DNA from: a virus
Virus record (IMG/VR): IMGVR_UViG_3300021959_008125
Coordinates: 21,866 to 85,865 of that record
Direction: 5' to 3' (one strand)
Length of the DNA: 64,000 nt
Positions 10,804 to 21,084 of this stretch are shown here, piece by piece. The translations under genes and the position numbers were made by a program. How positions within the stretch are numbered: position 1 is the first letter of the stretch; the number at the start of each line of letters is the position of its first letter. The notes under the pieces are model-generated. The model ran no database searches and had not been told where the DNA came from. It worked only from the letters and a program-made list of their open reading frames with translations.

Positions 10804-12164
10804 AAGTTATATTAAATCAAGGTAGTAAAAAAATACTTAGAGAGGTATTTGAAGAAAATAACATATATCATTTTTCAGATTACCCTTATCAAGCTTTATG
10901 TGCTGACGCTAGTGTAAGGGACTTTGAAAAAGAAATGGTTAATTTAAAATGGCTATTTGACCAAGATGGCTTTTATAATAGATTACCTCACTTTAGAACT
11001 TTTCAAAATAGATTAATAGAATTTAAATCGACTGCAGATTACTTACACAGCTTGAGACAGAGGTTGAATATTACTCATGAACTCATAGAATGTAATTTTA
11101 AATCTAATTTACCGGTACATATAAGTATAGTTCCTAGAGAAGATAAAGAAGAGTATACTTTAGATTTAACTAATATAGAATCTTTAAAGCAATTTACTTT
11201 TATTATACACCCTGGTCAGACAAGAGCCCAAGGAGCAGTATTTTTTAGAAAATCTTTAAAAAACGTAATGTTATATTCTCTTAAAAAATATAACATAAAA
11301 GTAAGTACTAATCTAGCATGTGAACAAATTACACAAATAGGTAGACTATTAGATTTTTATATACCCTATTCAAAAGACGGTTCTGATATATCTAATGAAT
11401 CGTTCGTATATGAATTTTATATACCGCATATAAGAATAAAAGAACACGTTCACGGTAAAAAAGCTAGTGTTAAAATTTTAAAAGCTGATTCTATACGCTC
11501 AGAAAATAATAGTGTCCATCCAAGCAGTTGGTATATTACTAAAAGTTTTACAAGTTCTAATAAATTTTTTAATATACTGTTTAATAATAAATTCAAAATA
11601 TATACTACTAATTTACAATTAGCTAAGGCTAATCAATGTAAGGTTTTTAATAAAAATATATCCAAATTTTTAGGTACTGCTGATCCTAATTTAATTAGCA
11701 GGTTTATATACTACTTTAGAATTAATAGTATAGAAAGTTACAATCAACCTAGCACATGGATGAAAAATGCAAGAGTAGAAAATAGATACGACCTATTTAA
11801 CTTAGAGTTAAATGAATTAGAGAAAGTATTTATGAAGAATGAAAGAGAGATAGAGAACGAGTTAGTGGAACAACAACAGCAAATATTTCCTTCAAAGGAA
11901 TATATAGAATGCAAACAGAATTTTGAATTAACATCGATACCTAAATTAAATAAATTTAGAGGCTTCAGTATATTTAATAGACTCGATAAATATGTACCGA
12001 CTATAGACTATTACGAGTTATTATTCTGTATCCCTGCTAATGTCACTATGAGTAAAAATAAAACTGAAAGCTTAGTAATAATTAATAATGAACATCCTTA
12101 CTGGCAAACAGGTAATAACTACTCAGAGTTTATAATAAACGATGATTTCTTAACAAGAATATGA
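10800..12164 (+). CDS. Hypothetical protein
   Basis: 454 aa ORF with TTG start, coupled to neighbours; HPGQTR motif. Confidence 0.55.
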   Translation: MKVILNQGSKKILREVFEENNIYHFSDYPYQALCADASVRDFEKEMVNLKWLFDQDGFYNRLPHFRTFQNRLIEFKSTADYLHSLRQRLNITHELIECNFKSNLPVHISIVPREDKEEYTLDLTNIESLKQFTFIIHPGQTRAQGAVFFRKSLKNVMLYSLKKYNIKVSTNLACEQITQIGRLLDFYIPYSKDGSDISNESFVYEFYIPHIRIKEHVHGKKASVKILKADSIRSENNSVHPSSWYITKSFTSSNKFFNILFNNKFKIYTTNLQLAKANQCKVFNKNISKFLGTADPNLISRFIYYFRINSIESYNQPSTWMKNARVENRYDLFNLELNELEKVFMKNEREIENELVEQQQQIFPSKEYIECKQNFELTSIPKLNKFRGFSIFNRLDKYVPTIDYYELLFCIPANVTMSKNKTESLVIINNEHPYWQTGNNYSEFIINDDFLTRI

Positions 12165-12967
12165 AGACTATAGGATTTTACACACCTTACAAACATCTAC
12201 CAAATTTTAAAGAGTTTGTTGAATCTAAATTTATTTGTAGAGAACTAACAGGACCGATTCCGGAAGATGTAGATTATCTTTTTTGTGCACCAAACTATGC
12301 TAGATTTACAATCACAGATAAACATATAGAAGGAACAGGAGTCAAAGCTATACTAACCCCGTCAACAGGCCGTAATCACATCGATGTTACATCTATACCT
12401 GTTTACGATATATTTCGAAGTAAAATATTAAAAGAGATTTACTCAACAGCTGAACATAACCTTTACCTTTGCTTACAAGTAGTTAGACAAGTTCCTCCTA
12501 TTATAGAACTTAGAGATTTAACTTTAGGTATTATGGGATATGGACGTTTAGGTAAGATGCTAAAAAGAATAGCTAAACCTTTATTTAAAGAAGTCCTAGT
12601 GATGGATATAAATAAAACAGATGAAAGCTTCTATGACAAAGTAGATATGTTAAGCATTAATATCAACCTTACCCCAGAAAATGAAAATATAATAAATGCT
12701 AATTTTATAGGTAAATTTAAAAAAAGTATCTATATTGTAAATACAGCAAGAGGTGAAGTAGTTGATGAATCAGAATTAGTCAGACAAATTAATTTTGGAA
12801 AAGTAAAAGGATATGCAACCGATGTAGTTAAAGAAGAACATACAGCTAGTAGATCCTTTCTTACTATTATAGATCACCCTAAAATTTTCATTACACCTCA
12901 TGTTGGCGGAACAGCATTATCAGCACAAGAAAAAGCCTATAGAGAAATTTTAAATAGCATATTATGA
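12161..12967 (+). CDS. D-isomer-specific 2-hydroxyacid dehydrogenase
   Basis: GIMGYGRLG, VNTARGEVVDE, TPHVGG. Confidence 0.9.
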   Translation: MKTIGFYTPYKHLPNFKEFVESKFICRELTGPIPEDVDYLFCAPNYARFTITDKHIEGTGVKAILTPSTGRNHIDVTSIPVYDIFRSKILKEIYSTAEHNLYLCLQVVRQVPPIIELRDLTLGIMGYGRLGKMLKRIAKPLFKEVLVMDINKTDESFYDKVDMLSININLTPENENIINANFIGKFKKSIYIVNTARGEVVDESELVRQINFGKVKGYATDVVKEEHTASRSFLTIIDHPKIFITPHVGGTALSAQEKAYREILNSIL

Positions 12968-13476
12968 AAGCACATTGGTCTCAATTTACTAAATATACTG
13001 ATGTATTTAAATACATTCAAAAGTATAAACCTAAGTTAATTGTGGAGTATGGAGGCGGGCAGAGTACATTTTATATTAATCAATTACTAGATGAATTAGA
13101 TTATGGCGGTAGAGTAGTAGCTTTTGAGTCAGAAAAGGAATGGATGAATGATCATATCGAAAAAGGATTTAATCGACACGGTAGTATACACTTAGTCCCT
13201 ATTACCATGCAATGTAACATTAAAGGGCATTTAAGGTACGAACACTCTTTAGAAGGATTAGAAAAAGTAGATTTTATAATTTTGGACGGACCTGATTACA
13301 AAACTTACCCTGTTGTAGGAGGTACCCCAAGTAATTTAACAACGAATATAGATGATTTAGTAGAGATTAAGGGAGAACCTATACCGTATTTTATAGACGG
13401 AAGAAGCGGGTGCGTAAACTACTACAGAGCCAAATACCCTACAGAATATCACATAAAACAGTTAACTAGAGAATGA
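12964..13476 (+). CDS. Class I SAM-dependent methyltransferase
   Basis: IVEYGGGQST, VAFES, DFIILDGP. Confidence 0.75.
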   Translation: MKAHWSQFTKYTDVFKYIQKYKPKLIVEYGGGQSTFYINQLLDELDYGGRVVAFESEKEWMNDHIEKGFNRHGSIHLVPITMQCNIKGHLRYEHSLEGLEKVDFIILDGPDYKTYPVVGGTPSNLTTNIDDLVEIKGEPIPYFIDGRSGCVNYYRAKYPTEYHIKQLTRE

Positions 13477-14306
13477 GAATTATCGCTGAACTTTGCCAAA
13501 ACCATAATGGCAATCTAGATATATTAGAGCAGATGGTAAAGGCAGCATCTGAAAGCTGTGATATTGTAAAAATTCAAACCATACTTGCCGATAGTTTATC
13601 CAAAAGAGAACAGTATGAAAGCTTTAGACCTTATGAAGGTGAATATAAAAGACTAAAAGGATTAGAACTATCAGAAGAAGACGAAAAATTCTTTATAGAT
13701 AAATGTAGAGAGTACGGTGTTGAACCTATGACTACTCTATTTTCAAAAAATCAGATAGAAAGATTTAATCGCTTGGGATATAAAAAGCTCAAGATATCTG
13801 GGTATTCTATGAGAGCGTTTGATTACGGGAAAGCATTAAAAGATATTGAGTTTGATGAACTATTCTTTTCTAATTCAAGTATGAGTCATCCTGAAATGAA
13901 GCGAACAGTCATTAATCTTAAGCAGATGGGTATTAAATTTACTATGCTACAGTGTACTTGCATATACCCTACACCGTTAGAAAAAGCTATGCTTCAAAAT
14001 ATTCCTTTCTTAAAACAAGAACTAGCATTAGATAGTATAGGTTATAGTGATCATTCTAATCCTTATGAAGATGGGTTATTGATACCTAAGTTAGCTATAT
14101 TTTCTGGAGCTGATATATTAGAGAGACATTTTACTATATTAGATGAAAAAGATACTAGAGACGGTAAAGTATCTATAACTCCTGAGATGGCTAAAGAACT
14201 TAAAGAATTTAGCCTTAGAGTACCTTTCCAGCAATACTGGAGATTAAATGAATTTAACGAAGAACAAAAATTTAACCATGAATACTACAGAGGAAGGTTC
14301 GTATAA
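13473..14306 (+). CDS. neuB: N-acetylneuraminate/nonulosonate synthase family, no C-terminal SAF domain
   Basis: IIAELCQNHNG, VKIQ, LQCTCIYPT, GYSDHS, ERHFT. Confidence 0.9.
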   Translation: MRIIAELCQNHNGNLDILEQMVKAASESCDIVKIQTILADSLSKREQYESFRPYEGEYKRLKGLELSEEDEKFFIDKCREYGVEPMTTLFSKNQIERFNRLGYKKLKISGYSMRAFDYGKALKDIEFDELFFSNSSMSHPEMKRTVINLKQMGIKFTMLQCTCIYPTPLEKAMLQNIPFLKQELALDSIGYSDHSNPYEDGLLIPKLAIFSGADILERHFTILDEKDTRDGKVSITPEMAKELKEFSLRVPFQQYWRLNEFNEEQKFNHEYYRGRFV

Positions 14307-14532
14307 GATACCTGCAGAAGACCTAGAAAGAATTAATAAATTTTTAAAAAATAAAGAGTTATTAAAGAATGAACTAGGTATTATAAAACTATCCCAATTA
14401 GAATTGGAAGAAAGAGAAAATAACGCTAAGCTGTTTAGAAAAGAGCTTTTAAAAGAAGAAAGTGAAATATCTAAAAAATACGGTAATGGGGTGTTGAATA
14501 CTGATGAAGGAACCTTTGCTCCTAATAGTTAA
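14278..14532 (+). CDS. Small coiled-coil phage protein
   Basis: ELGIIKL...KYGNGVLNTDEGTF; the second Met is preferred as start. Confidence 0.6.
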   Translation: MNTTEEGSYKIPAEDLERINKFLKNKELLKNELGIIKLSQLELEERENNAKLFRKELLKEESEISKKYGNGVLNTDEGTFAPNS

Positions 14533-14608
14533 GTTTGCCTCTTTTTATACATATTTATATATACGAATTCTACACTTAAGTGGCAAATAGTTTTCGGTAC
14601 TTTATTCA

Positions 14609-14616
14609 TATTTATA
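14609..14616 (+). promoter_or_regulatory. Putative phage late promoter TATTTATA
   Basis: The same octamer also occurs at 16438, 17758, 18789, 21067, 27176, 35699, 43192 and 45332, mostly before structural genes. Confidence 0.65.
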
Positions 14617-14645
14617 ATAGATAAAACACTTTAACATAAATTAAC

Positions 14646-16424
14646 ATGGCAGAAACTTTACTCTCTCCCGGTGTATTAGCAAGAGAAAATGATATCTCAG
14701 CTATTGCTCCTCTACCAGTTGAAGCCGGCGCTGCAATTATTGGACCAGCCGTTAAAGGTCCAGTAGAAGAACCTACCTTAGTAACATCTTATGGTCAGTA
14801 TCAAAGAATCTTTGGTACTACTTTCGAATCTGGATCTACTAAACAGGAGTTTATTACTTCTATTGCTGCAAAATCTTACTTTAATCAAGGAGGAAATTCT
14901 CTATTAGTAACCAGAGTAGTTAGCGGTTCATTCTCACAAGCTCAAAACACAGCAATTTCAGCAGCAACAGGATCGATCACTACTGCACCATTTAGTTTAA
15001 AAACTATTGGTAAAGGTGTGATTTACAACAATACTTCTGGTTCTGTTTACAATTCAGGATCACTATTAGATGAAAACTCAGATGGTTCGTTAAAATCAGG
15101 TTCAGCAGATAACCTTAGATGGGAGATCTCTAACATTAATAATGCAAAAGGAACTTTCAGTCTTTTAGTACGAAGAGGAGATGATAGCACTAAGCAAAAA
15201 ATTATATTAGAAACGTTTAACGATTTATCTTTAGATCCTAACTCAGGAAATTATATTGAGAGAGTAATTGGTAATCAATATAAAACTAAGTCAACAGATG
15301 GAGATGTAACATATATCGATACTGTAGGCGAGTATCCAAACAGATCTAACTACGTTTACGTAAGTGGAGTAAATAAACTACTAAACTATGTAGGAACTGA
15401 TGGAATAACTATAGGTTCTAACGCTGACGGTCCTTACTCTAGCTCACTACCTTCAGTACAGTCTGGTTCATTCTATGGTGCTACTGGAAAACTTGTAAAT
15501 AACATATCAGGAAGTGGTGCAGTGGATAACTACTTTAAAGATATCGATAATATCGGTAGTCAAGGAGTACCAGCAACAGTTTATGCTGATTCTATCTCAA
15601 TCTTAGAGAATAAAGATGAATATGTATTTAACATTATTTCAGCACCTGGATTATTATACGACTTTGGAAGTCATAAAATTCAATTAGATTCAATTATTTC
15701 CTTAGCAGAAACAAGAGGAGATTGTATCGCAGTAATTGATTTAGAGCAGCATGGAGCTACAGTATCTAATACAACTGCAGCAGCAGCAACAGTAAATAGT
15801 TCTTATGCAGCTTCTTACTGGCCATGGTTACAAACTCAATCAGCTACAGGAAGAAACGTATGGGTTCCAGCTTCAACAGTAATTCCAGGAGTATACGCAT
15901 TCTCAGACGGAGTATCAGCTCCATGGTTTGCTCCAGCAGGTCTTACTAGAGGAGGTATTCCTAACGTAATTCAAGCAGAAAGAAAATTAACAAGAGGTCA
16001 AAGAGATACTCTATATGCAGCTAATGTTAACCCAATCGCTACATTCCCAGGAAGTGGAATTTCAGTATTCGGTCAGAAAACATTACAGAAACAAGGTACT
16101 GCCTTAGATAGAGTAAATGTAAGAAGATTGTTAATCGACCTTAAGAAATTTATTGGAGATGTTTCTCAAACATTAGTATTCGAACAAAATACTACTTTAA
16201 CACGAAACAGCTTCTTAGCAAGAGTTAATCCTTACTTAGATTCAGTAGTACAAAGACAAGGTCTTTATGCTTACAGAGTAGTAATGGACGATACTAATAA
16301 CACAGCAGACGTGATCGATAGAAACTATTTAGTAGGTCAGATTTATATCCAACCAGCTAAAACAGTTGAATTCATTGTACTAGATTTTACAATCGAACCA
16401 ACAGGAGCTACTTTTACGGCATAA
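14646..16424 (+). CDS. Tail sheath protein
   Basis: SPGV..RE N-terminus, YWPW, PWFAPAG, NPI..FPG, GQKTLQ, LDRVNVRRLL, QPAKTVEFI. Confidence 0.97.
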   Translation: MAETLLSPGVLARENDISAIAPLPVEAGAAIIGPAVKGPVEEPTLVTSYGQYQRIFGTTFESGSTKQEFITSIAAKSYFNQGGNSLLVTRVVSGSFSQAQNTAISAATGSITTAPFSLKTIGKGVIYNNTSGSVYNSGSLLDENSDGSLKSGSADNLRWEISNINNAKGTFSLLVRRGDDSTKQKIILETFNDLSLDPNSGNYIERVIGNQYKTKSTDGDVTYIDTVGEYPNRSNYVYVSGVNKLLNYVGTDGITIGSNADGPYSSSLPSVQSGSFYGATGKLVNNISGSGAVDNYFKDIDNIGSQGVPATVYADSISILENKDEYVFNIISAPGLLYDFGSHKIQLDSIISLAETRGDCIAVIDLEQHGATVSNTTAAAATVNSSYAASYWPWLQTQSATGRNVWVPASTVIPGVYAFSDGVSAPWFAPAGLTRGGIPNVIQAERKLTRGQRDTLYAANVNPIATFPGSGISVFGQKTLQKQGTALDRVNVRRLLIDLKKFIGDVSQTLVFEQNTTLTRNSFLARVNPYLDSVVQRQGLYAYRVVMDDTNNTADVIDRNYLVGQIYIQPAKTVEFIVLDFTIEPTGATFTA

Positions 16425-16461
16425 TTTAATAACAAGATATTTATAATAAAGCAAATATAAA

Positions 16462-16947
16462 ATGGCAGTATTAGATCCTAACGAAATAATGTTTAGAGCT
16501 TTTGAGCCCAAAGTTCAGAACAGATTCATAATGATTGTAGATGGTATTCCATCATTTATGATTAAAGGTGTTTCTGCTCCATCTTTTGAGGACGAAGAAG
16601 TAAAACTAGACCACATCAACACATATAGAAAAATTAGAGGTAAAAGAGAGTGGCAGAATATGGACATGACTTTATATGATCCAATCACACCTTCTGGAGC
16701 TCAAGCAGTAATGGATTGGGCTAGACTTTCTTACGAATCTGTAACCGGTAGAGCTGGATACTCTGACTTCTATAAAAAAGATATTACTTTAAATATCTTA
16801 GGGCCTGTAGGAGATATCGTATCTGAGTGGGTGATTAAAGGAGCATTTATTACTTCTATGTCACAAGGTAGTTTTGATTGGGGTACTTCTGATGCAACTG
16901 AGTTAACTATTTCAGTAGCGATGGATTACTGCATCTTGAATTACTAA
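16462..16947 (+). CDS. Tail tube protein (T4 gp19-like)
   Basis: Follows the sheath; EPK..NRF, W..M.MTLYDPI, YKKDITL...W...GAF. Confidence 0.93.
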   Translation: MAVLDPNEIMFRAFEPKVQNRFIMIVDGIPSFMIKGVSAPSFEDEEVKLDHINTYRKIRGKREWQNMDMTLYDPITPSGAQAVMDWARLSYESVTGRAGYSDFYKKDITLNILGPVGDIVSEWVIKGAFITSMSQGSFDWGTSDATELTISVAMDYCILNY

Positions 16948-16967
16948 GATAAATAATATAGTATACT

Positions 16968-16993
16968 AAAGCCCGGTTAATCCGGGTTTTTTT
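16968..16993 (+). terminator. Rho-independent terminator
   Basis: GCCCGG-ttaat-CCGGGT followed by a T run. Confidence 0.85.
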
Positions 16994-16997
16994 ATTT

Positions 16998-17744
16998 ATG
17001 AAAATAGCAGTTATAATAATAGGTCGTATAGAAGAGCAGTACCAACAACTAAACTTACAGTTACTGCAAGGATGTGATATCTTTATTCACTCAGATATCG
17101 AAAATCAACAATTAGCCCTTCAATATAATCCTAAATTTTTAAAGCTTACAGATTCTACCTATTTAAATCAAACCGTAGAGCTTTTTATAGAACAATATTC
17201 TCATTTAATAGATAAAGTAAGAGAAGAAACTGACCAAGAAAAACCCTTCAGGCATAATTTTGAAAGAATAGTTCAATGGAAAAGATTAAATGAAGTATTG
17301 ATTGAAAATAAATTTGAAGAATACGATTATATTCTTAAATGGAGAGTAGATCTTAATAAATTTAATATTGATACTGAACTTTCAGAAATAATTAAAAAGT
17401 ATAAAACGGTTAAAAACTATATTTCAAGTATTGAGTTGAATAAAAGTTGTATATATACCTATAAAGATTTTTTATTTTTATTTGTTCCATCAAAGAGCTA
17501 TGCTGTAGACGTATATAATAATATAGAAGACTATATTGGTGTAAAAGAAGATAAATTTACGTACGATATTGATATTCTAGAGCAGTGCGACACTGAAGGA
17601 AAGTTTAAATGTGCAAATTTTACATGGTTAACTCCTAAAAATAAACTATTTTCTCATGTATTTACTAGTGAGACTGCTATGATTATACATTGTTTAGTAA
17701 ATAAAGTACCTTTAAAAAACATTTTCAAAGGGTTGTATTCATAA
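16998..17744 (+). CDS. Putative glycosyltransferase-like protein inserted in the tail module
   Basis: KIAVIIIGR, DIFIHS, YDYILKWRVD; paralog of 950 and 8230. Confidence 0.5.
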   Translation: MKIAVIIIGRIEEQYQQLNLQLLQGCDIFIHSDIENQQLALQYNPKFLKLTDSTYLNQTVELFIEQYSHLIDKVREETDQEKPFRHNFERIVQWKRLNEVLIENKFEEYDYILKWRVDLNKFNIDTELSEIIKKYKTVKNYISSIELNKSCIYTYKDFLFLFVPSKSYAVDVYNNIEDYIGVKEDKFTYDIDILEQCDTEGKFKCANFTWLTPKNKLFSHVFTSETAMIIHCLVNKVPLKNIFKGLYS

Positions 17745-17792
17745 TTTTTTATTCATATATTTATATGAAAGACTAGTTTTATAATAAAATTT

Positions 17793-18530
17793 ATGGCAAC
17801 AGAAAACAAATTTCCAACAGAGATTGTAGAATTACCTTCAAAAGGACTTCTTTATCCTAAAGAATCTCCTTTATCTTCTGGTACAGTTGAGATGAAGTAT
17901 ATGACTGCAAAGGAAGAAGATATTCTTACTAATCAAAATTACATTCAAAACGGTACTGTTATTGATAAACTTTTACAGGAACTTATTGTAGATAAAAAAG
18001 TTAATTATGGAGACTTATTAACTGGAGATAAAAATGCATTATTGGTAGCTGCTAGAATCCTTGGGTACGGTAAAGATTATCAATTTAATTATGCCGGGGA
18101 TACCGTTACAGTTGATCTTGCTGAGCTTGATAATAAGACGTTAAATGAAGAACTTTTTAAAGAAGGTAAAAACCAATTTAGCTTTAAATGTCCTACAACA
18201 GGAACTCTTCTTACATTCAAACTTTTATGTCACTCTGACGATGTTAAAATAGATAACGAAGTAAAAGGACTTAAAAAGATTAATAAAAATGCTTCTCCTG
18301 AATTATCCACAAGACTTAAACATATGATCACCTCAGTTGACGGTAATGAAGAGTCTAAAGAAATAAGAGATTTCGTAGATAATAGATTTTTAGCTAGAGA
18401 TTCTAGAGAACTTAGAAAGTATATAGCAGAAATTCAACCAGATGTAGATCTTAAATTTTACCCGGACAATGGGCCGGAGGAAGGAGTGGAGGTCCCTATC
18501 GGGATCAACTTTTTTTGGCCTGACGCCTGA
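17793..18530 (+). CDS. Baseplate hub / tail assembly chaperone (T4 gp26/gp51-like)
   Basis: LPSKG.LYP, MTAKEEDIL, GD..ALL.AARI; ends FFWPDA; lies between tube and tape measure. Confidence 0.8.
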   Translation: MATENKFPTEIVELPSKGLLYPKESPLSSGTVEMKYMTAKEEDILTNQNYIQNGTVIDKLLQELIVDKKVNYGDLLTGDKNALLVAARILGYGKDYQFNYAGDTVTVDLAELDNKTLNEELFKEGKNQFSFKCPTTGTLLTFKLLCHSDDVKIDNEVKGLKKINKNASPELSTRLKHMITSVDGNEESKEIRDFVDNRFLARDSRELRKYIAEIQPDVDLKFYPDNGPEEGVEVPIGINFFWPDA

Positions 18531-18777
18531 GTATAGATTAGACGTATTTAACGTCATACATAACATAGTATTTCACGGAAAAGGTGGCTTTGACTGGCAT
18601 ACAGTATATAATATGCCTATATGGCTGAGAAACTTTACCTACAGGAACATACAAGAATTTTATCAAAAAGAGAAAGAAGCTTACGAAAAAGCACAAGGTA
18701 AATCTCAATTAAAAGGAAATCAACCAAAAGGTCCTGCAATTCGTACACCTTCTTATAATACAAAGGCTCGCAAATAG
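18511..18777 (+). CDS. Downstream tail assembly chaperone segment, probably expressed by frameshift
   Basis: +1 frame relative to the upstream ORF, entered at a T7 run; VYNMPIWLRNF motif; no good independent start. Confidence 0.6.
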   Translation, partial: FFGLTPEYRLDVFNVIHNIVFHGKGGFDWHTVYNMPIWLRNFTYRNIQEFYQKEKEAYEKAQGKSQLKGNQPKGPAIRTPSYNTKARK

Positions 18778-18786
18778 TGGGCCTTT
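18762..18786 (+). terminator. Hairpin / probable terminator
   Basis: AAAGGCTCGC-aaata-GTGGGCCTTT. Confidence 0.55.
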
Positions 18787-18812
18787 CCTATTTATATAAA
18801 ATATAACCACAC

Positions 18813-21065
18813 GTGGATCCAAAAATACAAGAACTTTTAAACGCACTAGACGCAGCTGGAAAAAGCACTGCATCGTTTCGTAATGAGTACGAAAGATTAA
18901 AAAAAGAAGGTCAGGAAGTTAATTCCTTGATGAATACTATGGAGTCTACTCTTAAAGGAGCTCAAGCAGAAGCTAGAGGACTAGGAGATGGTTTTAGAGA
19001 TGTTAGGGATATACTACGAGAATCTTTAGCAGAGTTAAAGGAGACTGAAACTGCAATAAAACAAGGTACTAAAGCTTACCGTAACTTAACCAGTGTTGTC
19101 ACATCTTTAGCACAAGAAGAAGAAGGAATATATACCTATTCGGTAAAGCAACTTGAAACATACGATAAAAGAGCTAAATCTGCATTATCTGAACAAAAAC
19201 TTGCAGCCGAAAGATTAGCGAGAGAAAAAATAGGGTTAAACTTTTCTGGTGAATTAAATGAGCAAACGATAGATAGGTTAAAATTCTTAGGTAAGATAAA
19301 CGATGAAGAAGAGGCTTTATTAAGAGCAGCAGCAAATGGTTTTGATATAGAAGAAGAATCAGTAAGATTAATCGAAAAACGTTTAAAAAGAGAAAAAGCA
19401 CTCGTAAAAACTTTCGGACTAGCAGGAGCAGCATTAGAAGGAGCTACTAAAATAGCTAATAAGTTCGGAATGAGCCATATCTCAGAAGAACTCAACGATA
19501 TAAACTCTCAGCTTAAAGATGAAATGCGTGCTGAAATAAAAGCAAACGGAGATGAATCTTTAGGATTTGGTAGAAAGTTTGCCTATGCAGGTAGAGCCAT
19601 AGGAAAAACTGCTGTTGCTATAGGAAAAGGAATGATGGATCCTTTGTTTATAATTGGAAAGATATTTAATTCTTTTCTTAATATAAATAAAGAAGCAGTA
19701 AACCTTAGCAGATTAGTAGGCCGTTCAAATGTAAGTTTTAATAATTTAAACAGTAGCCTCGCTACAACTGTGGAACTCTTACAAGAAGCTGCAGAATTTA
19801 CAAGACAGACAGGATTAGCAGCAACTTCTATATTTTCAAATGATCAGCTGGCTAATATTGCTGAATCTAAAAAACTACTAGGATTGTCTGCCGAACAGGC
19901 CGGCAACTTAGCCTTATTCTCAAACCAGACAGGAGATAGTATTACTCAATTCGAAGATGGATTAGTAGACGGTATAAAAGCAGCTAATAAATTAGGTAAA
20001 TCAGCTGTTGCACCCGGTGTTGCTTTACAGGATGCTTTATCAGCTGCCAAAGGCATTGCTTTATCTCTAGGTAATAATCCTAAATTATTAGGTCAAGCAG
20101 CAACAGCAGCACGTGCATTAGGTTTAGAACTATCTAGAGTTGATGATATTGCTGAAGGGTTGTTAGACTTTGAATCTTCTATACAGAATGAATTAGAGGC
20201 ACAGCTTTTAACCGGAGGCCGTATAAATTTAGCAAAAGCTAGAGAATTAGCATTAAATAACGATTTAGCCGGCCTATCAGCAGAATTAGCTAAAAACGGA
20301 GCATCAGCAGCTGAATTTGCTAATATGAATCGTATTGCGCAGACTTCATTAGCTAAGGCTTTAGGTATGTCTAGAGATGAATTAGCTAACATGCTTATTC
20401 TACAAGATACCCAAGGTAACTTAACAGATGAACAAAGACAAAAGATACTAGGAGTAACTAAAGAACAACTAAAATCCTTAGATATACAGCAAAGCATAAA
20501 TGACTCTATTACTAAAATGTCAGAAGCTTTAGCTGGCCCTTTAGCATCTTTAGCACAGTTAATAAGCCATGCAACGATATTAAAAGGCATTATAGGTGGT
20601 ATTGCTACTATTATAGGAATTAATATGGTTACTGGATTAATACAAAATTTGAAGTATTTAGGCAGAGTACTAAAACTTTCTAAAGGAATAGCAATTGCTG
20701 AAGCAGCTATAGCATCTGTAAGAGCTTTATCAAATCCTTTTCTAGCTATTGCTGGAATAGCAGCTGCAGCCGCAGTAGCAGGTGCTGCAGGGTACTATAT
20801 CGGTAAAGCAAAACAAACAGGAGACTTACAAATTAATCCTAATGGCGGACCAGTAGTAATGTCCCCAAGAGAAGGAGGCTTATATCAAGGAACTAAAAAT
20901 GACGCCTTAATGATGGCACCTCCAGGTGCTATGGGTGGATCAAATGCCGAGTTAATAGCAGAAATTAGAGCATTAAGAACTGTGGTAGAAAAAGGAGGAG
21001 ACGTAGTAATGGACGGTTCTAAAGTAGGGCAAGTTATTACAATGAATTCATATAAATTATCATAA
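18813..21065 (+). CDS. Tape measure protein
   Basis: 750 aa Ala/Leu-rich helical protein with LLDFESSIQNELEAQLLTG and a hydrophobic C-terminal part; expected position. Confidence 0.85.
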   Translation: MDPKIQELLNALDAAGKSTASFRNEYERLKKEGQEVNSLMNTMESTLKGAQAEARGLGDGFRDVRDILRESLAELKETETAIKQGTKAYRNLTSVVTSLAQEEEGIYTYSVKQLETYDKRAKSALSEQKLAAERLAREKIGLNFSGELNEQTIDRLKFLGKINDEEEALLRAAANGFDIEEESVRLIEKRLKREKALVKTFGLAGAALEGATKIANKFGMSHISEELNDINSQLKDEMRAEIKANGDESLGFGRKFAYAGRAIGKTAVAIGKGMMDPLFIIGKIFNSFLNINKEAVNLSRLVGRSNVSFNNLNSSLATTVELLQEAAEFTRQTGLAATSIFSNDQLANIAESKKLLGLSAEQAGNLALFSNQTGDSITQFEDGLVDGIKAANKLGKSAVAPGVALQDALSAAKGIALSLGNNPKLLGQAATAARALGLELSRVDDIAEGLLDFESSIQNELEAQLLTGGRINLAKARELALNNDLAGLSAELAKNGASAAEFANMNRIAQTSLAKALGMSRDELANMLILQDTQGNLTDEQRQKILGVTKEQLKSLDIQQSINDSITKMSEALAGPLASLAQLISHATILKGIIGGIATIIGINMVTGLIQNLKYLGRVLKLSKGIAIAEAAIASVRALSNPFLAIAGIAAAAAVAGAAGYYIGKAKQTGDLQINPNGGPVVMSPREGGLYQGTKNDALMMAPPGAMGGSNAELIAEIRALRTVVEKGGDVVMDGSKVGQVITMNSYKLS

Positions 21066-21084
21066 CTATTTATAAATAAACAAT

